The position numbers and the translations under genes are program-made. Below the pieces are notes generated by a model that was not told the DNA's origin, ran no database searches, and saw nothing but the letters and a program-made list of their open reading frames with translations. Below, one piece after another: positions 25,501 through 38,974 of a stretch of DNA of 64,000 nucleotides. Position 1 is the stretch's first letter. Every line of letters begins with the position of its first letter. The stretch is from Lama guanicoe (lineage: Eukaryota), in assembly GCA_013239625.1 (NCBI GenBank), contig MU054323.1:17426029-17490028 (forward strand), read 5' to 3'.

Positions 25501-28500
25501 AAGTGGCAGGCCAAGACAAAACAGCAATAATTACACTACATGAAAATGGTCTAAACATACCAATTAAAAGCAGAGACTGCAGAGTGGATCAAAAAACATG
25601 ACTCAACCATGGGCCATCTACATGACAGTCAATTCAGGTATAATGATACAAGTAGATTAAAAGCAAAAGGACAGAAAAAAGACATATCATGCAAGCATTG
25701 ATCAAAGGAAAGAAGTGGCAATATTAATATCAGATAAAGTAGACTTCAAAGCAAGGAAATTTACTAGAGACTGAGAGGGACATTATACAATGATAAAAAG
25801 GTCAATCCACCAAGAAGACACAGCAATCCCAAATGTGTATCCACCAAACCACACAGCTCCAAAATATGTGAAGCAAAAACTGATAGAACTGAAAAGAGAA
25901 TATACAGACAAGTTCACAGTTACAGCTGGACAATTCAGCATCCCTCTCTGAACAATCAGTAAAACTAGATAGAAAATCATAAAGAATTTGAAAGAACTCA
26001 ACACCACCAACAGTGAACAAGAACTGCTCAACATTTATAAAATACTCCATACAACAACAAAGGAATACACATTCTTACCAAGTGCCTAAGCAACATAAAA
26101 CAAGACAAAATATATCATGGACTACAAAACAAATCTAAATTTAAAAGAATTGAAATATTAAAGAATAGGTTCACTGACCATAACAGAATCAAACTAGAAA
26201 TCAGTAATGGAAAGATAACAGGAAAAACTCCAAACACTTGGAAACTAAACAACACAGTTTTATCTGAATAATCTTTGGATTAAAGAGGAAGTCTCAAGGG
26301 AAATTTTAAAATACATATATAGAACTAAAGGAAAATAAAAACGTAACAGATCAAAATTTACGAGATACAGGTAAAACAATGCTAAGAAATAAATTTATAG
26401 CACATTATAAAAAAGCCTCAAATCAAAAATCTAAGTTCCCACCTCAAGAACCCCTAAAAGAGCAAACTAAAAGCAAAGCAAGAGAAAGGAAGGAAATAAA
26501 AAAGATATAAGCAGAAATCAATAAAACTGAAAACAGAAAAATAGAGAAAAATCAATGAAACAGCTGGTTCTTTTAAGAGATCAAAAGTTGACAAACATCT
26601 ACCAAAACTGACAAAGGGTAAAAAAAAAAAAAAAGAGAAGATGCAAATTACCAACATAAGGAATAAATCAGGAATGAAACATGAATATCACTATGGACCC
26701 TGCAACTACAAAAGGATAGAAAGGAAACACTATGAACAAGTAACTCTGCATAGACATAACTTGACATTTAGAAGAAATGAACCAATTACTCACAAAATGG
26801 AACCACAACCTACCCAATATGAAATAATTTGGCTAATCATATACTTATTAAATAAACTGAATTTGTAATTTCAAAACATTCATAATGACTCTCCAGATCC
26901 AGCTGGTTTCAATGAAAACTATAGCAAACTTTAAAAAAAAAAATTAACACCAATTTTCCATAGTCTCTTCTAAAACACAGAACTGAAGGAAACACTTTCA
27001 AATTCATTTTAATAAGCTAGTACTACCCTGATAACAAAACCAGATAAAGACAGTATAAAAAAGGAAAACTATAGGCCAATATCCTTCATAACTATAGATC
27101 CTTAACAAAATATTATCAAATGGAATTTGGCAATATAAAAAAGAATTATACACCATAGCAAAGGAGAGTGTATTCCAGGAATGCAGGTCTAGAACAATAT
27201 TCTAAAAATGACCAATGTAATCTACCACATTAAAGAGCTAAAGAAAAAAAATCACATGATTCATCTCAACTGAGGAAAAAAGGTATTTGACAAAATTCAA
27301 CACCCATTCATGGGGGAAAAAAACAAACTCAGAAAAAAGAGGAATAAAAGGGAGCTTTCTCAACTTGATAAAGAACATCTACAAAAACCTAAAGTTTGAG
27401 AGTGAAATACAGAATGCTTTACCCCTAAAATCGGGGAAAAAAAGATACAGTGTTCACTCTAAATACACTTACTGAACATGCTGCTGAAAGTTCTTGCCAG
27501 TTCAATAAGACAAGAAAAGGGGGAAAAAGACACACAAATTTGAAAGGAAAAAAAAAAACTGCCCCTATTTTCCAATTACATGATTATCTAGGTAGAAAAT
27601 TCCAAAGAATCTACCAAAAAACAAACAAACAAAAGAAACCCTAGAACAAACAAGTGAGTTCAATGAGATCATAGAATACAAGATAAACATAAAATTCAAC
27701 TGTATTTTTCAGTATACTGGTAACGAACACATGGACATAAATTAAATAAATAAAATAAAATAAAAGAATCCACACATCCAAAATATGAGCTGTAAATCTA
27801 TCAAAACAAGCACAAGACTTGTATGCTGAAAATGGCACAATATTAATGAAGAAACTCAAAAGATCTAAATATAAATGGAAAGGCATTCTACGTTAATGGA
27901 ATGGGAGACTCAACATAGTAAGGGTGTCAATTCTCCTACCCCTTTAAATTAACACATGAGTTTAACAGAATTTCTACCAATATCCCAAGCAAGATTTTTT
28001 TTACAGCTATTGACAGGATTATTCTAAAATGTATATGAAAAAGGAACTAGAATAGCTAAAATAATTTTGGAAAAAAATAAAGTGAAAGGAGTCACTCCAC
28101 CCAATTTCAAGACTTATATAGCTACAGTAATAAAAACTGTGTAGTACTGGAAGAGAGAGACACACACATGGAACAGAATAAAGAAGCTAGAAATATGCCC
28201 ACAAAAATATGCTCAATTTTTGACAAAAGTGCAAAAGCAATGCAATGGAGGAGGGATTATCTTTCCAACAAATGGTGCTGGAGCAAGTAGACATCCATAG
28301 GCCAAAAAAAAAAAAAAAAAGAACTTCAACTTAAGTCTCACATCTTACACAAAAATAACTCAAAATGTATCATGTACTTAAATGTAAAATGTAAAACTAT
28401 AAAGCTTTTAGGAAAAAATATAGGAGAAAAATTTCAGGATCCATGAATATGCAAAGAATACTTAAGACTGGATACTAATCCATAATAGGAAAATACTGAT

Positions 28501-29019
28501 AAACTGGACTTCATCCAAATTTAAAGCTTTTCCTCTGAGAAAGACGCTGTTAGTGGATAAGCTTAAGACAAGCTAAGGAACGGAACAAAATATTTCCAAA
28601 CCACATACCCAACAAAGGATGAGTTTCTAGAATACATAAAGAACTCTCAAAACACAACAGTAAAAGAGCAAACAATCCAATTAGAAAATGAGCAAGACAC
28701 ATAAAGAAACAATTCATACATATGTAATATGACATACATACAAGCTTTCTCTACAATAGTGTTTATAATACAAAAAGATAGAAAATAACCTCAATGTTTC
28801 TCAAAAGGAGGCTAGTTAGATAAATTATAATACAACCAAATAGTATGTAACCATAGAAGAGAATAAAGGTGATGATCTTAACTGCTATGCTCTCCAAAAT
28901 ATATGTTGAATGGGGAGGGGGAATGAGGGTACTAAAAAGGGTATGTCAAAAGAAAGGAAGAAGGAAAGGAAGAAAAGGAAGGAAAGGAAGTTGTTTGGTT
29001 GATTGTTTTTTTAGCTCCT

Positions 29020-32000
29020 GAAGCTCAAGGGAATCTCTGCCAAAACACTATGGAAACACAAGCTAAGGATCAGAGACAGCAGTAATTACACGTAACAAGG
29101 AGTACAGTATCTGGAAAAAACAAAATCTTAGGAAAGTCATTAGACAAACATACTATAATACAGCCTTCAACAATCAAAAACAAAAGGAAATAAAAACAAG
29201 AACAACCAACCAAACAGTAAGCCCTGGGGAAAGGGAAGAATCTGATTTCAAGAGTAACCACATTATATCATTCAAATGCCCAGTTAAAAAAAAAATCACA
29301 TATCATACCGAAAGAAAAAAAAAAAAAAAAGAATGGTGCAAAGGAACAAAATTAACTGAGAGAAATTGTCCCCAAGGAAGCTCAGATATCAAACTAGCTA
29401 AAAACTTTAAAATAACTTACTTGAATATGTTCAAAAATGCTTAAAATAAAAGTGAATGGAGACTAAAGGATCTGTGGGATAACAAGTAGACCAAAACATG
29501 CATTATGGGAGTCTCAGAAGGAGAAGAGCAGAAGGGACAAAAATAATACCTGTAAATGCCCCAAATTTAATGAAATACATTGATCTACAAATCCAAAAAG
29601 TTCAATAAAATTCAGGTAGGACAAATCCAAGAGACCCACACTAAGACACATTGGAATCCAAATGCCCAAAGACAAAGACAGAATCTTAAAAGCAGCAAGA
29701 GAAGCAACCTTTCACATACAAGGAATCCTCTACATCAGCAGCTTATTTATCAGAAAAACTATGGAGGCTGCAATATAGTAGGATGGCATGTTTAAGTGCT
29801 GAAAGAAAAAAAGTGTCAACCAATAATTCTACATCTGGCAAAACTGTCCTTCAAAATGAGGTACAAATTATGATGTTCCCAGATAAACAAAAGCTGAGGG
29901 AGTTCACTACCATTAGACCTGCCCTACAAGAAATGCTAAAGATACTCCTATGACTTGAAATGAAAGGACACTAAACAGCCACTAAAAGCTATATGACAAA
30001 ATAAAGGTCTCTAGTAAAGGTAAAATACCCTGGGAAATATAAAAACTAGTATTATTGTATACTTGGTTTGTAACTCCATGCTGTATCTCCTATAGGATTT
30101 CAAAGACAAACGCATAAAAATACAATTTGCAAATCCATGATACTGGATACACTATGTGTAAAGATACAATCTATGATGACAACATAAGAGGATAGGACTG
30201 AGCTGTATATAGGAGCAGAGCTTTTGTATGCTACTGAAGTTAAGTTCATATCAATTCAAACTAGATAGTTATAAATTTAGGATGTTAAATTTAATTCCCA
30301 TGCATTACCACAAAGAAAATATCTAAAAAACACACACAAAAGGAAATAAGAAGGGAATGGTTCATTACAATAAACTAACTAGGAGGGGGGAAAAAAAGGC
30401 AGTATGTTGTGGAGGAAATGAGAGACAAAAAGATACAAAATTTAACAACAAAAAAAGCAATATGATGTCAGAGGTCCTACCTTACCAGTCATTACTGTAC
30501 TTTAAGTTTAATTGGATTAAACTCTCTAATCAAAGCCACAGACTGGGAGGATGGATTAAAAAACATGATTCAACTATACGCTGCCTACAGAGACTCACTT
30601 TATACCCAAAACTATTAATAAATTGAAAGTGAAAGGATGGAAAAAAGATATTCCATGAAAAATAGACAGCAAAAGAGTGCTAGTGTAGCTATTCTAATAT
30701 CAGGCAAAATAGACTTTAGGTCAAAAACTGTTACAAGAGACAAAGAAGGACTTTATATGCTGATAAAAGGGTCAATTCATCAAGAAGATAAAACAATTAT
30801 AAACATATATGCACAAACAAAAGATTCCCAAAAGATATGAAGCAAACATTGACCAAATGGGAGAAATAAAATAGTTTTACAATAATAGTTGTTCAATATA
30901 TCAATTTCAACAGACAGAACATCAAGATAGAAGGTCAATAAGGAAACAGGGCACTATAACCCAGTTAGGCCTAAATGACATATATAGAACACTTCACGCA
31001 TTAACAGTAGAATAAACATTTTTCTCAGGTACACATGGAACATTCTCCTGGATAAGCTATATGTTAGGCCACAAAACAAAGACTCGATAAATTTAAAAAG
31101 ACTGAAATCAAAGAATCTCTTCTATGATAGAACCAAGTTAGAAATGAACAACAGCAGGAGAACTGGAAAATTCACAAATATGTAGAAATTAAACAACACA
31201 TTCTTAAACATCAACTGTTCAAAGAAGAAATCCTAAGGGAAATTAGAAAATACTTAGAAAACATATAAAAACTTATGGATACAGCAAAGACAGTGCTTAG
31301 AAGGAAACTTATGATGTTCATAGCAGCACAATTTACAATAGCCAAGACATGGAGACAGCCTAAATGTCCATCAACAGATGACTGGATAAAGAAGATGTAG
31401 TATATTTCTACAATGGAATACTACTCAGCCATAAAAACTGACAACATAATGCCATTTGCAGCAACATGGATGCTCCTGGAGAATGTCATTCTAAGTGAAG
31501 TAAGCCAGAAAGAAAAAGAAAAATACCATATGAGATTGCTCGTATGTGGAATCTAAAAAAGAAAAAAATCAAAAACAAAGCATAAATACAAAACAGAAAC
31601 AGACTCATAGACATAGAATACAAACCTGTGGTTGCCAAGGGGACGGAGGGTGGGAAGGGATAGACAGGATTTCAAAATTCTAGAATAGATAAAGATTATA
31701 CTGTATAGCACAGGGAAATATACACAAGATCTTATGGTAGCTCACAGAGAAAAAAATGTGACAATGTTCATGTATGACTGAAAAATTGTGCTCTACACTG
31801 GAATTTGACACAACATTGTAAAAAGATTATAAATCAATAAAAAAATGTTTAAAAACAAAAAACAAAAAAAGAAGGAAACTTATGGCTATAAATGTCTACA
31901 TTAAAAAAAGATCTCAAATCAACATCCTAACTTTATACCTTGGAGTACTAGAAAAAGAAGAAATTAAACTCAAAGCAAGTAAATGATAAAAATTAGAAGT

Positions 32001-34972
32001 AAATCGGAGGAAAGAAAAACAATGGAGAGACTCAATGAAACCAAAAGCTACATCTTTAGGAAAAATCAACAAATTGGGCTGTCTCAGAAAAAGAGAAGAC
32101 ACAAATAACCAAAATCAGAAATGGAAGTGGGGGCATTACTACTGCCCTCACAGAAATTAAACAGATTATAAAAGAATACTATGAACAATTATACACAAAC
32201 AAACTAGATAATGTGGAACAAACGGATAAATTCCGAGAAACACACAAATTACCTAAATGGACTCAAGAAGAAATTTAAAAATCTCAACAAACATATTAAC
32301 AAGTAATGCCCCTGACTCAGTAATCAAAACCTCCCAACAAGGAAACGTCCAGAATCAGATGGCAGAACAGATGAATTCTACCCAACATCTAAAGAATTAA
32401 TACCAACCCTTCCCCAAAACAGAAGGAAACAGTTCCTAACTCATTCTGTGAAGCCAGCATTACCTTGATGCCAAAGGCAGATAAAGACATCATAAGAAAA
32501 TTACAGACCAACATCCTTTATGAGTATAGATGCAAAAATCCTTAACAAAATACTAGCAAATTGAATCCAACAGCATATTAAACTGCACCTTGACAAAGTG
32601 GAATTTATCCCAAGAATGCAAAAGTAGTTCAATAACAATGAAATTAATCAATATAATATACCACATTAACAAAATGAAGGAAAACAATACACATCATCAC
32701 TCAATTAATTTAGAAATGGCATTTGACAAAACCCAACATCCTTTCAGGATTAAAATCTTCCTAAAACTAGGAATAGAAGGGAACTTCCTCAACATTTCAA
32801 AGGACAGCTATGAAAAACCCATAGCTAATATTATGCTTAATGGTCAAAAACTTAAAACTTTTGCCCTAAGATCAGGAATAAGACTAGGATGCCCACTTTA
32901 CCACTGCTATTCAAAATTGTACTAGATATTCCGAGCTGAAGCAATCAGAAAAGAAAAAGAAATAAAAGGCACCCAAATGGAAAGGAATAAGTAAAACTAT
33001 TTGTTTGCTGATGACATAATCCTATACTAGAAAAATCCCCAAGTATCTATAAGAAAGTTACCAGAGTTGGTAAATTAATTCAGCAAAGCTGTAGAACAGA
33101 ACCAACGCACAAAAAGCAGATGTTTCTATATACCTGCTTTGTGCAATCTGAAAAGGAAATTAGGAATGTAATTCCATTCAGAAACTAGAAAAATAATAGC
33201 CTCTAAAAGTATAAAATATCAAGGAATAGATTTAACCAAGGAGGTGAAAGATTTTTATCCTGAAAACTACAATGCATTACTGAAGAAAACTAAAGACCCA
33301 AATAAATGTAAAGACATTCTGTGTTCATGGGTAGAAAGATTTAATATTAAGATGCCAATACTAACAGAAACTATCAACAGATTCAGTGCAATTCCTATCA
33401 AAATTCTAGTAGCCTTTTTTGCAGAAATGGAAATGCCAATTCTCAAATTCATATGGAATTAAAAGAGGTCCTGAACAGCCAAAACAGTCATGAAAAAGAA
33501 AAACAAAGTTGTAGGGCTCACATTTTCTGATTTCAAAACTTACTACACAATGCTACAGTAATCAAAACAGTGTGATACTGTCATACAGACACACAGACCA
33601 ATGGAATAGAATTGAGAGTCCAGAAATAAATCTATGTATCTATGGTCAATTGATTTTTGACAATGGTGCCAAATCTATTCAGTGGGGAAAGATCAATCTC
33701 TTCAACAAATGGTGCTGGGACAACAGGTGTCCATCCACATACAAAAGAATGAAACTGGATACCTAAACTCCCATCAAATACAAAATATAACCTCAAATGG
33801 GTCAATGACCTAAATATAAGAGCTAAAACCATAAGAAAACTTAAGGGTAAATCTTCATGACCTAGGATTTAGCAATGGATTCCTAGATATGACACCAAAA
33901 GCACAAGCAATAAAAGAAAAAAAGATAAACTGAACTTCATCAAAATTTAAAAGTTTTGTGCAAAGGATATTATTAAGAAACTGAAAAGACAGCATCTTAG
34001 TTGTGTCTGAATGGGAGAAAACATTTATAAATCATGTATCTGATAAGGGTCTAATATCAAAAATATACAATGATGTCCTAAAATTAAACAACAAAAATAA
34101 AAAACAATTTTAAAAATGGGCAACAGACTTGACATTTCCCTAAAGAAAATATACAAATGGCCAATAAGCACATAAAACGATGCTCAACATCATTAGTCAT
34201 TAGGGAAATACAAAGCAAAACACAAAATGAGGTATCATTTCACACCAACTAGGATGGCAGTTGAAAAAAAAACAAACAGAAAATAACAAGTATAAATGAG
34301 AATGTGGAGAAACTGGAACCTTTGTGCATGGCAGGGAGGAATGTAAAATGGAGTGGCTGCTGTGGAAAGCAGTATGGCAGTTCCTCAAAAAGTTAAAGAG
34401 ACGACCAAAATGACCCAGCAATTCCACTTCTAGATACATACCCAAAAGAACTGAAAACAGGAACTCAAACAGATACTTCTATACCAATGTTCAGTGTAGC
34501 ATTATTCAAAATAGCCAAAAGGTAGATATAATCCAAGTGTCCAGTAAGAGATAAATGAATAAGCAAAATATAGTATATACACACTGGAGTATTATTCAGC
34601 CTTAAAAAGGAATTAAATTCTGATACATGCTACAATACTGATGAATCTTTAAGACATTATGCTAAATAAAATAACTCATATACAAAGGGACAAATATTGT
34701 ATGATTCCACTTTTATAAAATATTTAGACCAGGCATAAATTCATAAAGACAAAGTACATTAGAGGTTACTAGGGGCTGAGGGAGGGGGAAGTTGGGAGTT
34801 ATTGCTTAATGTGTACAGAGTTTCTGTTTGAGGTGATGAAAGGTTTTGGAAATAGATAGTGGTGATGGTTGCATAACATTGTGAATATAGTTATTGGCAC
34901 TTAAATATACACTTAAAAATGGTTAAAATGGCTAATTTTATGTTATATATTTTCTACCACAATAAAAAATTA
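29020..34972 (+). mobile_element. Near full-length old L1 (L1MB-like 3' end)
   Basis: 5' region, ORF1 end, EN, RT (FALRSGIRLGCPL) and 3' UTR ending cacttaaaaatggttaaaatgg ... aataaaaaa; heavily disabled. Confidence 0.88.
31314..31869 (+). mobile_element. Young camelid-type L1 3' fragment nested in the old L1
   Basis: Exact 15-bp TSD AGAAGGAAACTTATG (31299-31313 / 31870-31884); close match to 1626-2208. Confidence 0.93.
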
Positions 34973-35221
34973 AGAGAAAGTTATTAAGTATGTGTACAGA
35001 AATCAGAATCCTATGCAAGTCCTTAAACAAAATAGATGTGAATGTAATTATAAGTGCATTCCATTACAAAGTACTGGATCATATACTGAAATCTTACTTG
35101 CAAATGGTTTAAATTATAAGTAAGATAGAAAATGGGAGTTGTCTAGATAGAAAGGGAAAAATTTTCTTTCAGGGATTATAAGAGAATAACTAAGAATATT
35201 AAAATGCAGGAGGTACCAAAT

Positions 35222-35365
35222 ATACCCAATATTTTATAACTATTAATGGAGTATAACTTTAAAAAACTGTGAACCACTATGTTACACACCTTAAACTTAT
35301 ATAATATTGTAAATCAACTATACTTCAAAAAAAAAATAAAACAAAATGGTAAAAAAAAAAAGAAA
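35222..35365 (+). mobile_element. Short L1 3' end
   Basis: atattgtaaatcaactatacttcaa + A tail. Confidence 0.7.
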
Positions 35366-35718
35366 TACGGGAGATAAATAATTTGAAAAAAAAACTGGAA
35401 TTTAAGTTAGCTTATTAAAAAAAGTGTCTGTTAACTTAAAACTCAACATTTTTTTTATCCCAAGACTTGTTTTGGGGGTTTTTGTTGTTGTTTTCTTAAA
35501 CCCTGCACCAAACAACTTTCTATATACTAGGATTGATCCCATTTGCAATTGGGTTGCTTTTAATGTATACGGCCAGATTATAGACCTTTTTTATCACCAG
35601 ATACAAGTTTCATAAAAGCAACAATTATGTTTTACTTTTTAATTGTATGTCCCTAATGCGTGCCATACAATAAGTAACAAATCTGGTGAATAAACGAAAC
35701 AGTCAAAAATAAGCAGGA

Positions 35719-35850
35719 GGTGGGGAGGGCATAGCTCAAGCAGTAGTTTGTGCTTAGCATGTATGAGGTTCTGGGTTCAATCCCCAGTAACTCCTCTAAA
35801 AAATAAATGAATAACCCTAATTACCTCCCCCTCAAAAAAACAAAAAAGCA
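35719..35850 (+). mobile_element. tRNA-Ala-derived SINE (Vic-1 type)
   Basis: GGGGAGGGCATAGCTCAAG ... GGGTTCAATCCCCAG; tail CTAATTACCTCCCCC. Confidence 0.9.
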
Positions 35851-35918
35851 GAAAAGCAGCATTAAGGAAACTTTTCTCAAAATCATCTTCCCATTACAGT
35901 TTTAAAATACCTACTTTA

Positions 35919-36075
35919 GGTGGGGAGGGTATAGCTCAGTGGTAGAGTTTGTGCTTAGCATGCATGAGGTCCTGGGTTCAATCCCAGTACCTCCATTTAA
36001 AAATAAATCTAATTACCTCCCCCAAAACAAACAAAAAAAGTTAACAACAACAAAAAAAGCCCTCTAAAAATAAAT
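35919..36075 (+). mobile_element. tRNA-Ala-derived SINE (Vic-1 type)
   Basis: A and B boxes; AGC anticodon loop; exact 15-bp TSD AAAATACCTACTTTA (35904-35918 / 36076-36090). Confidence 0.93.
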
Positions 36076-36601
36076 AAAATACCTACTTTAAAAATAGTAT
36101 CTGAATAATTCAGGGTCCATAAAACCAGAAGTTTAAATTACTTCTTTTCTACAGTGTATGCCCCCATCCCCAACTCCAAAGGGAGGTTTTCAGAATTTGA
36201 CTTTATGAGAAATTTCTTTTATTGACTTGTGTTTGTCGGCCTGAGGTAGTCCAGACTAGAAAGGAAAATCAACAAGCACTCATCTTCATAACTGGATGGC
36301 TGGACTACTCAAGGTATTGCTGAAGTGCTTGAAGTGTTCTTGATTCACTAGCTCGTATAATAATGAGTATTATTTGCATTGTTTTCCTTTGTTTTTAGTG
36401 CTTTATGTTTTTGTACATTAAATGTTTAACTATGAAATAATCATGAATATGAAATGTAAACTTTGATAACTGCTAAAGCAAACTGTACTATTAATATCAT
36501 GATAATTAAGTTTTGACTTTAAGAATTCATCCTAAGATATATTTTCTAAAACATAAGCAGTAATAGAGGGAACAGATTACCCACTTTAAGTGGGGGAACA
36601 C

Positions 36602-37080
36602 TGTAATTCAATTATCCCCAATCAGGCTACTTCTAGCCAGAGATGGCCCTGGCTGGCTAAAAGAATGAACCTCTCAGATCTCTGACTCCAGGAAAAATAA
36701 CCGACTTAGGGCCCCAGCTGCTGCACTCTGAAATCCATCACAGTGCTTGGAGGCCACAGTTGTTACTGACTGCTCCCAGTCAATGAGCACCAAAGGCATA
36801 CTAAAGCAGGCCTAGTCCTGGGAGGTGAGGAATCCCTGTGATAGGCAACTTTCACTCAAGGACTTCCTGAGATCTGGGTGGACTTTCCTTAGAACTGTAC
36901 TGCAGTCTACAACACTTTCACCCAAAGTTCCTTCCTTCCTTGCCTCTCTCCTTCACATGGAGTCAGACTTGCATCATGGTCTGACGACTCTCCCTGCCTC
37001 CTTCCTCGTTTTCTCTCAGAAGCACTTCTCCTAATAAATATCTTGCATGCTTATTCCCATCTTGGCATCTGCTTCTCCCT
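36602..37080 (+). mobile_element. ERVL LTR (LTR16-like)
   Basis: Ends cctaataaatatcttgcatg ... catcttggcatctgcttctc. Confidence 0.65.
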
Positions 37081-37279
37081 TGAAGCATTACATTTTTTTT
37101 TAATTTAGCCACTTTAAATGAATTATTTCTAAAGTATAGTATTTGTTTCCCTATTCGCTAAAATAGAATACACCAAACATGATAATTCCAATGCCTTTTG
37201 ACTGGTGAAGATCTCAACTATGACCTACCAAACTCATCAGTAACTATATTCTTGAGGGGAAAGGCTCAGAACCACACAA

Positions 37280-38240
37280 CTTAACAAATGTATACTGAGC
37301 ACCTGCTATACATGAGAAATACGCTAAGCATTATAGGAAACAAAAAAGTGACCAGGATCATATCTTGCTCTAAAATAACTCCCAATGAAGAAGTGAATAC
37401 TGGGAGATGAGCACTTTAAAGGGCAGACTGTCAATAAGTACTAAAATTAAGGTACAAAGTACTAAAGAAATTAAGAGACTGATTCTACTCAGGGCATGAA
37501 ATTGAAGTAGAAAGCCTTTGTAGAGGAGATGGCATTTGAAACGTACACTGAAAAACATCATCAGAGCCTTCAGGTTGCACCTGCCCATAATTAATGAGGA
37601 AAGTCCAACAAAGACGCCTTCCATGTTTGCCATACTGGGCTAACTGCAATGCGTAAATCCTTTCTATCACAATTCTCTCACACTTTCTCATTCCCAAAGT
37701 ACTGATGGTTTCTTAGTTCCCCTCCAAAGGTGCTACTCTCCCAGTATTCACTCATCAACATTACCACTTAGACTCCTAAGCCAGAATCCTGGGAATCAGC
37801 TTTGACTCCTCTCTCTCTTACTACCCTGATATTCAACCACCAATCTAACTCTAAGTTGAAAATCAGTCCACTTTTCTTTATCCCCACAGCTACATCCCTA
37901 GTCAAGACCACCATCATCTCTTCCATGATTGCTGCAAAATCTCCTAACTTGCCTTCCTGCTTACAGTTCTGCTATCATTTAATCTAGATACCACAGAGCA
38001 AATAATGATCCTTCAAATTTCATATCTAGTTATCAATATCCTACTTAAAACCCTCCAGTGATTCTCAACTGCTCAAAAGATAAAATGCAATAATTTGGTT
38101 CACAAGATCTGGTCCCACAGTCCAGACTCCAGCTACTCAGAATTCCCAAGATGCTGAGCCCCTCCTGAGCTCCAAGCCACCACAAACCCTTGGAACAAAC
38201 ACACTTCCTCCTCATCCTCACCTGGATCACTCCCACTTAA
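37280..38240. mobile_element. L2 remnants (minus ~37280-37605, plus ~37690-38240)
   Basis: actgagcacctgcta; tgactcctctctctct; accaccatcatctct motifs. Confidence 0.55.
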
Positions 38241-38382
38241 AATATCACTTCCTTCATTCCCAAATACAAGCACACAAAGATAGTCTCCTAGCTTCCTACT
38301 GCCATCCCAAGACCATTACATCTTAGCCCTTTCCTTTACGGTCTATGTTATCTATTCACTAACTAGTGCCTTTAAAACTCTT

Positions 38383-38515
38383 ACTTTTTTTTTTTTAAAT
38401 TAGGTTTATTTATTTATTTACTTTTTTTTTTTCTTTAGTGGAGGTACTGGGGATTGAACACAGGACCTCATGCATGCCAGGCATGCACTCTACCACAGAG
38501 CTATACCTTCCCCCC
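38383..38515 (-). mobile_element. tRNA-Ala-derived SINE (Vic-1 type) inserted in an hAT-like MITE (~38362-38700)
   Basis: gaggtactggggattgaac ... gagctataccttccccc; TSD AAAACTCTT (38374-38382 / 38516-38524). Confidence 0.9.
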
Positions 38516-38729
38516 AAAACTCTTTTTAATGCAGCAGAACCCTTCCAACAAATGCAATCCTATGCAGAACCCCAAGATGTAAAAGAGCTGTGCTTCTAAG
38601 CCTAAAGCAAGGGATTTCAAAACCTCTTCCTTCCACCTCCTTCTGTCCTAAGAAACTTCCTCCCCAAAATCTAAGGTACAGGACAATTACAACACCACTG
38701 TTCTGTATTATACTGTCTACTCAAAGGAA

Positions 38730-38972
38730 GCAACACGGTATAGCAGAAAGAGGTGTCTTTGAAGCCAGACAGGCTTAGGATCAAATCTGGATTCTACTCA
38801 GTTATAAGATCTTGAGCAATTTGGCTCTCTTAGGATCCATTTCCTCAGTTGTAAAACTCAGCTGTAAAAATTACCACCTTGAAAAATCAATAGGTAGAAC
38901 AGAGATAAGTACATAAAGTACCAAGCATAGTGTCTAGAATACTGGCACAAAGCAGGAACTCAATAAAATGCT
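38730..38972 (+). mobile_element. MIR
   Basis: ggatcaaatctggattct ... ggcacaaagcaggaactcaataaaatg. Confidence 0.6.
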
Positions 38973-38974
38973 AT

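Larger units (their letters stand above)
24470..28720 (+). mobile_element. Old L1 (ORF1 end, inter-ORF region, decayed ORF2)
   Basis: cccagaattctatacccagtgaaata (ORF1 end); atattaatatcagataaagtagacttc (EN); ttcaacacccattcatg (RT); many frameshifts. Confidence 0.85.

Noticed and set aside
29020..34972. Active full-length L1
   Set aside because: Both ORFs are fragmented by stops and frameshifts and interrupted by a younger L1.
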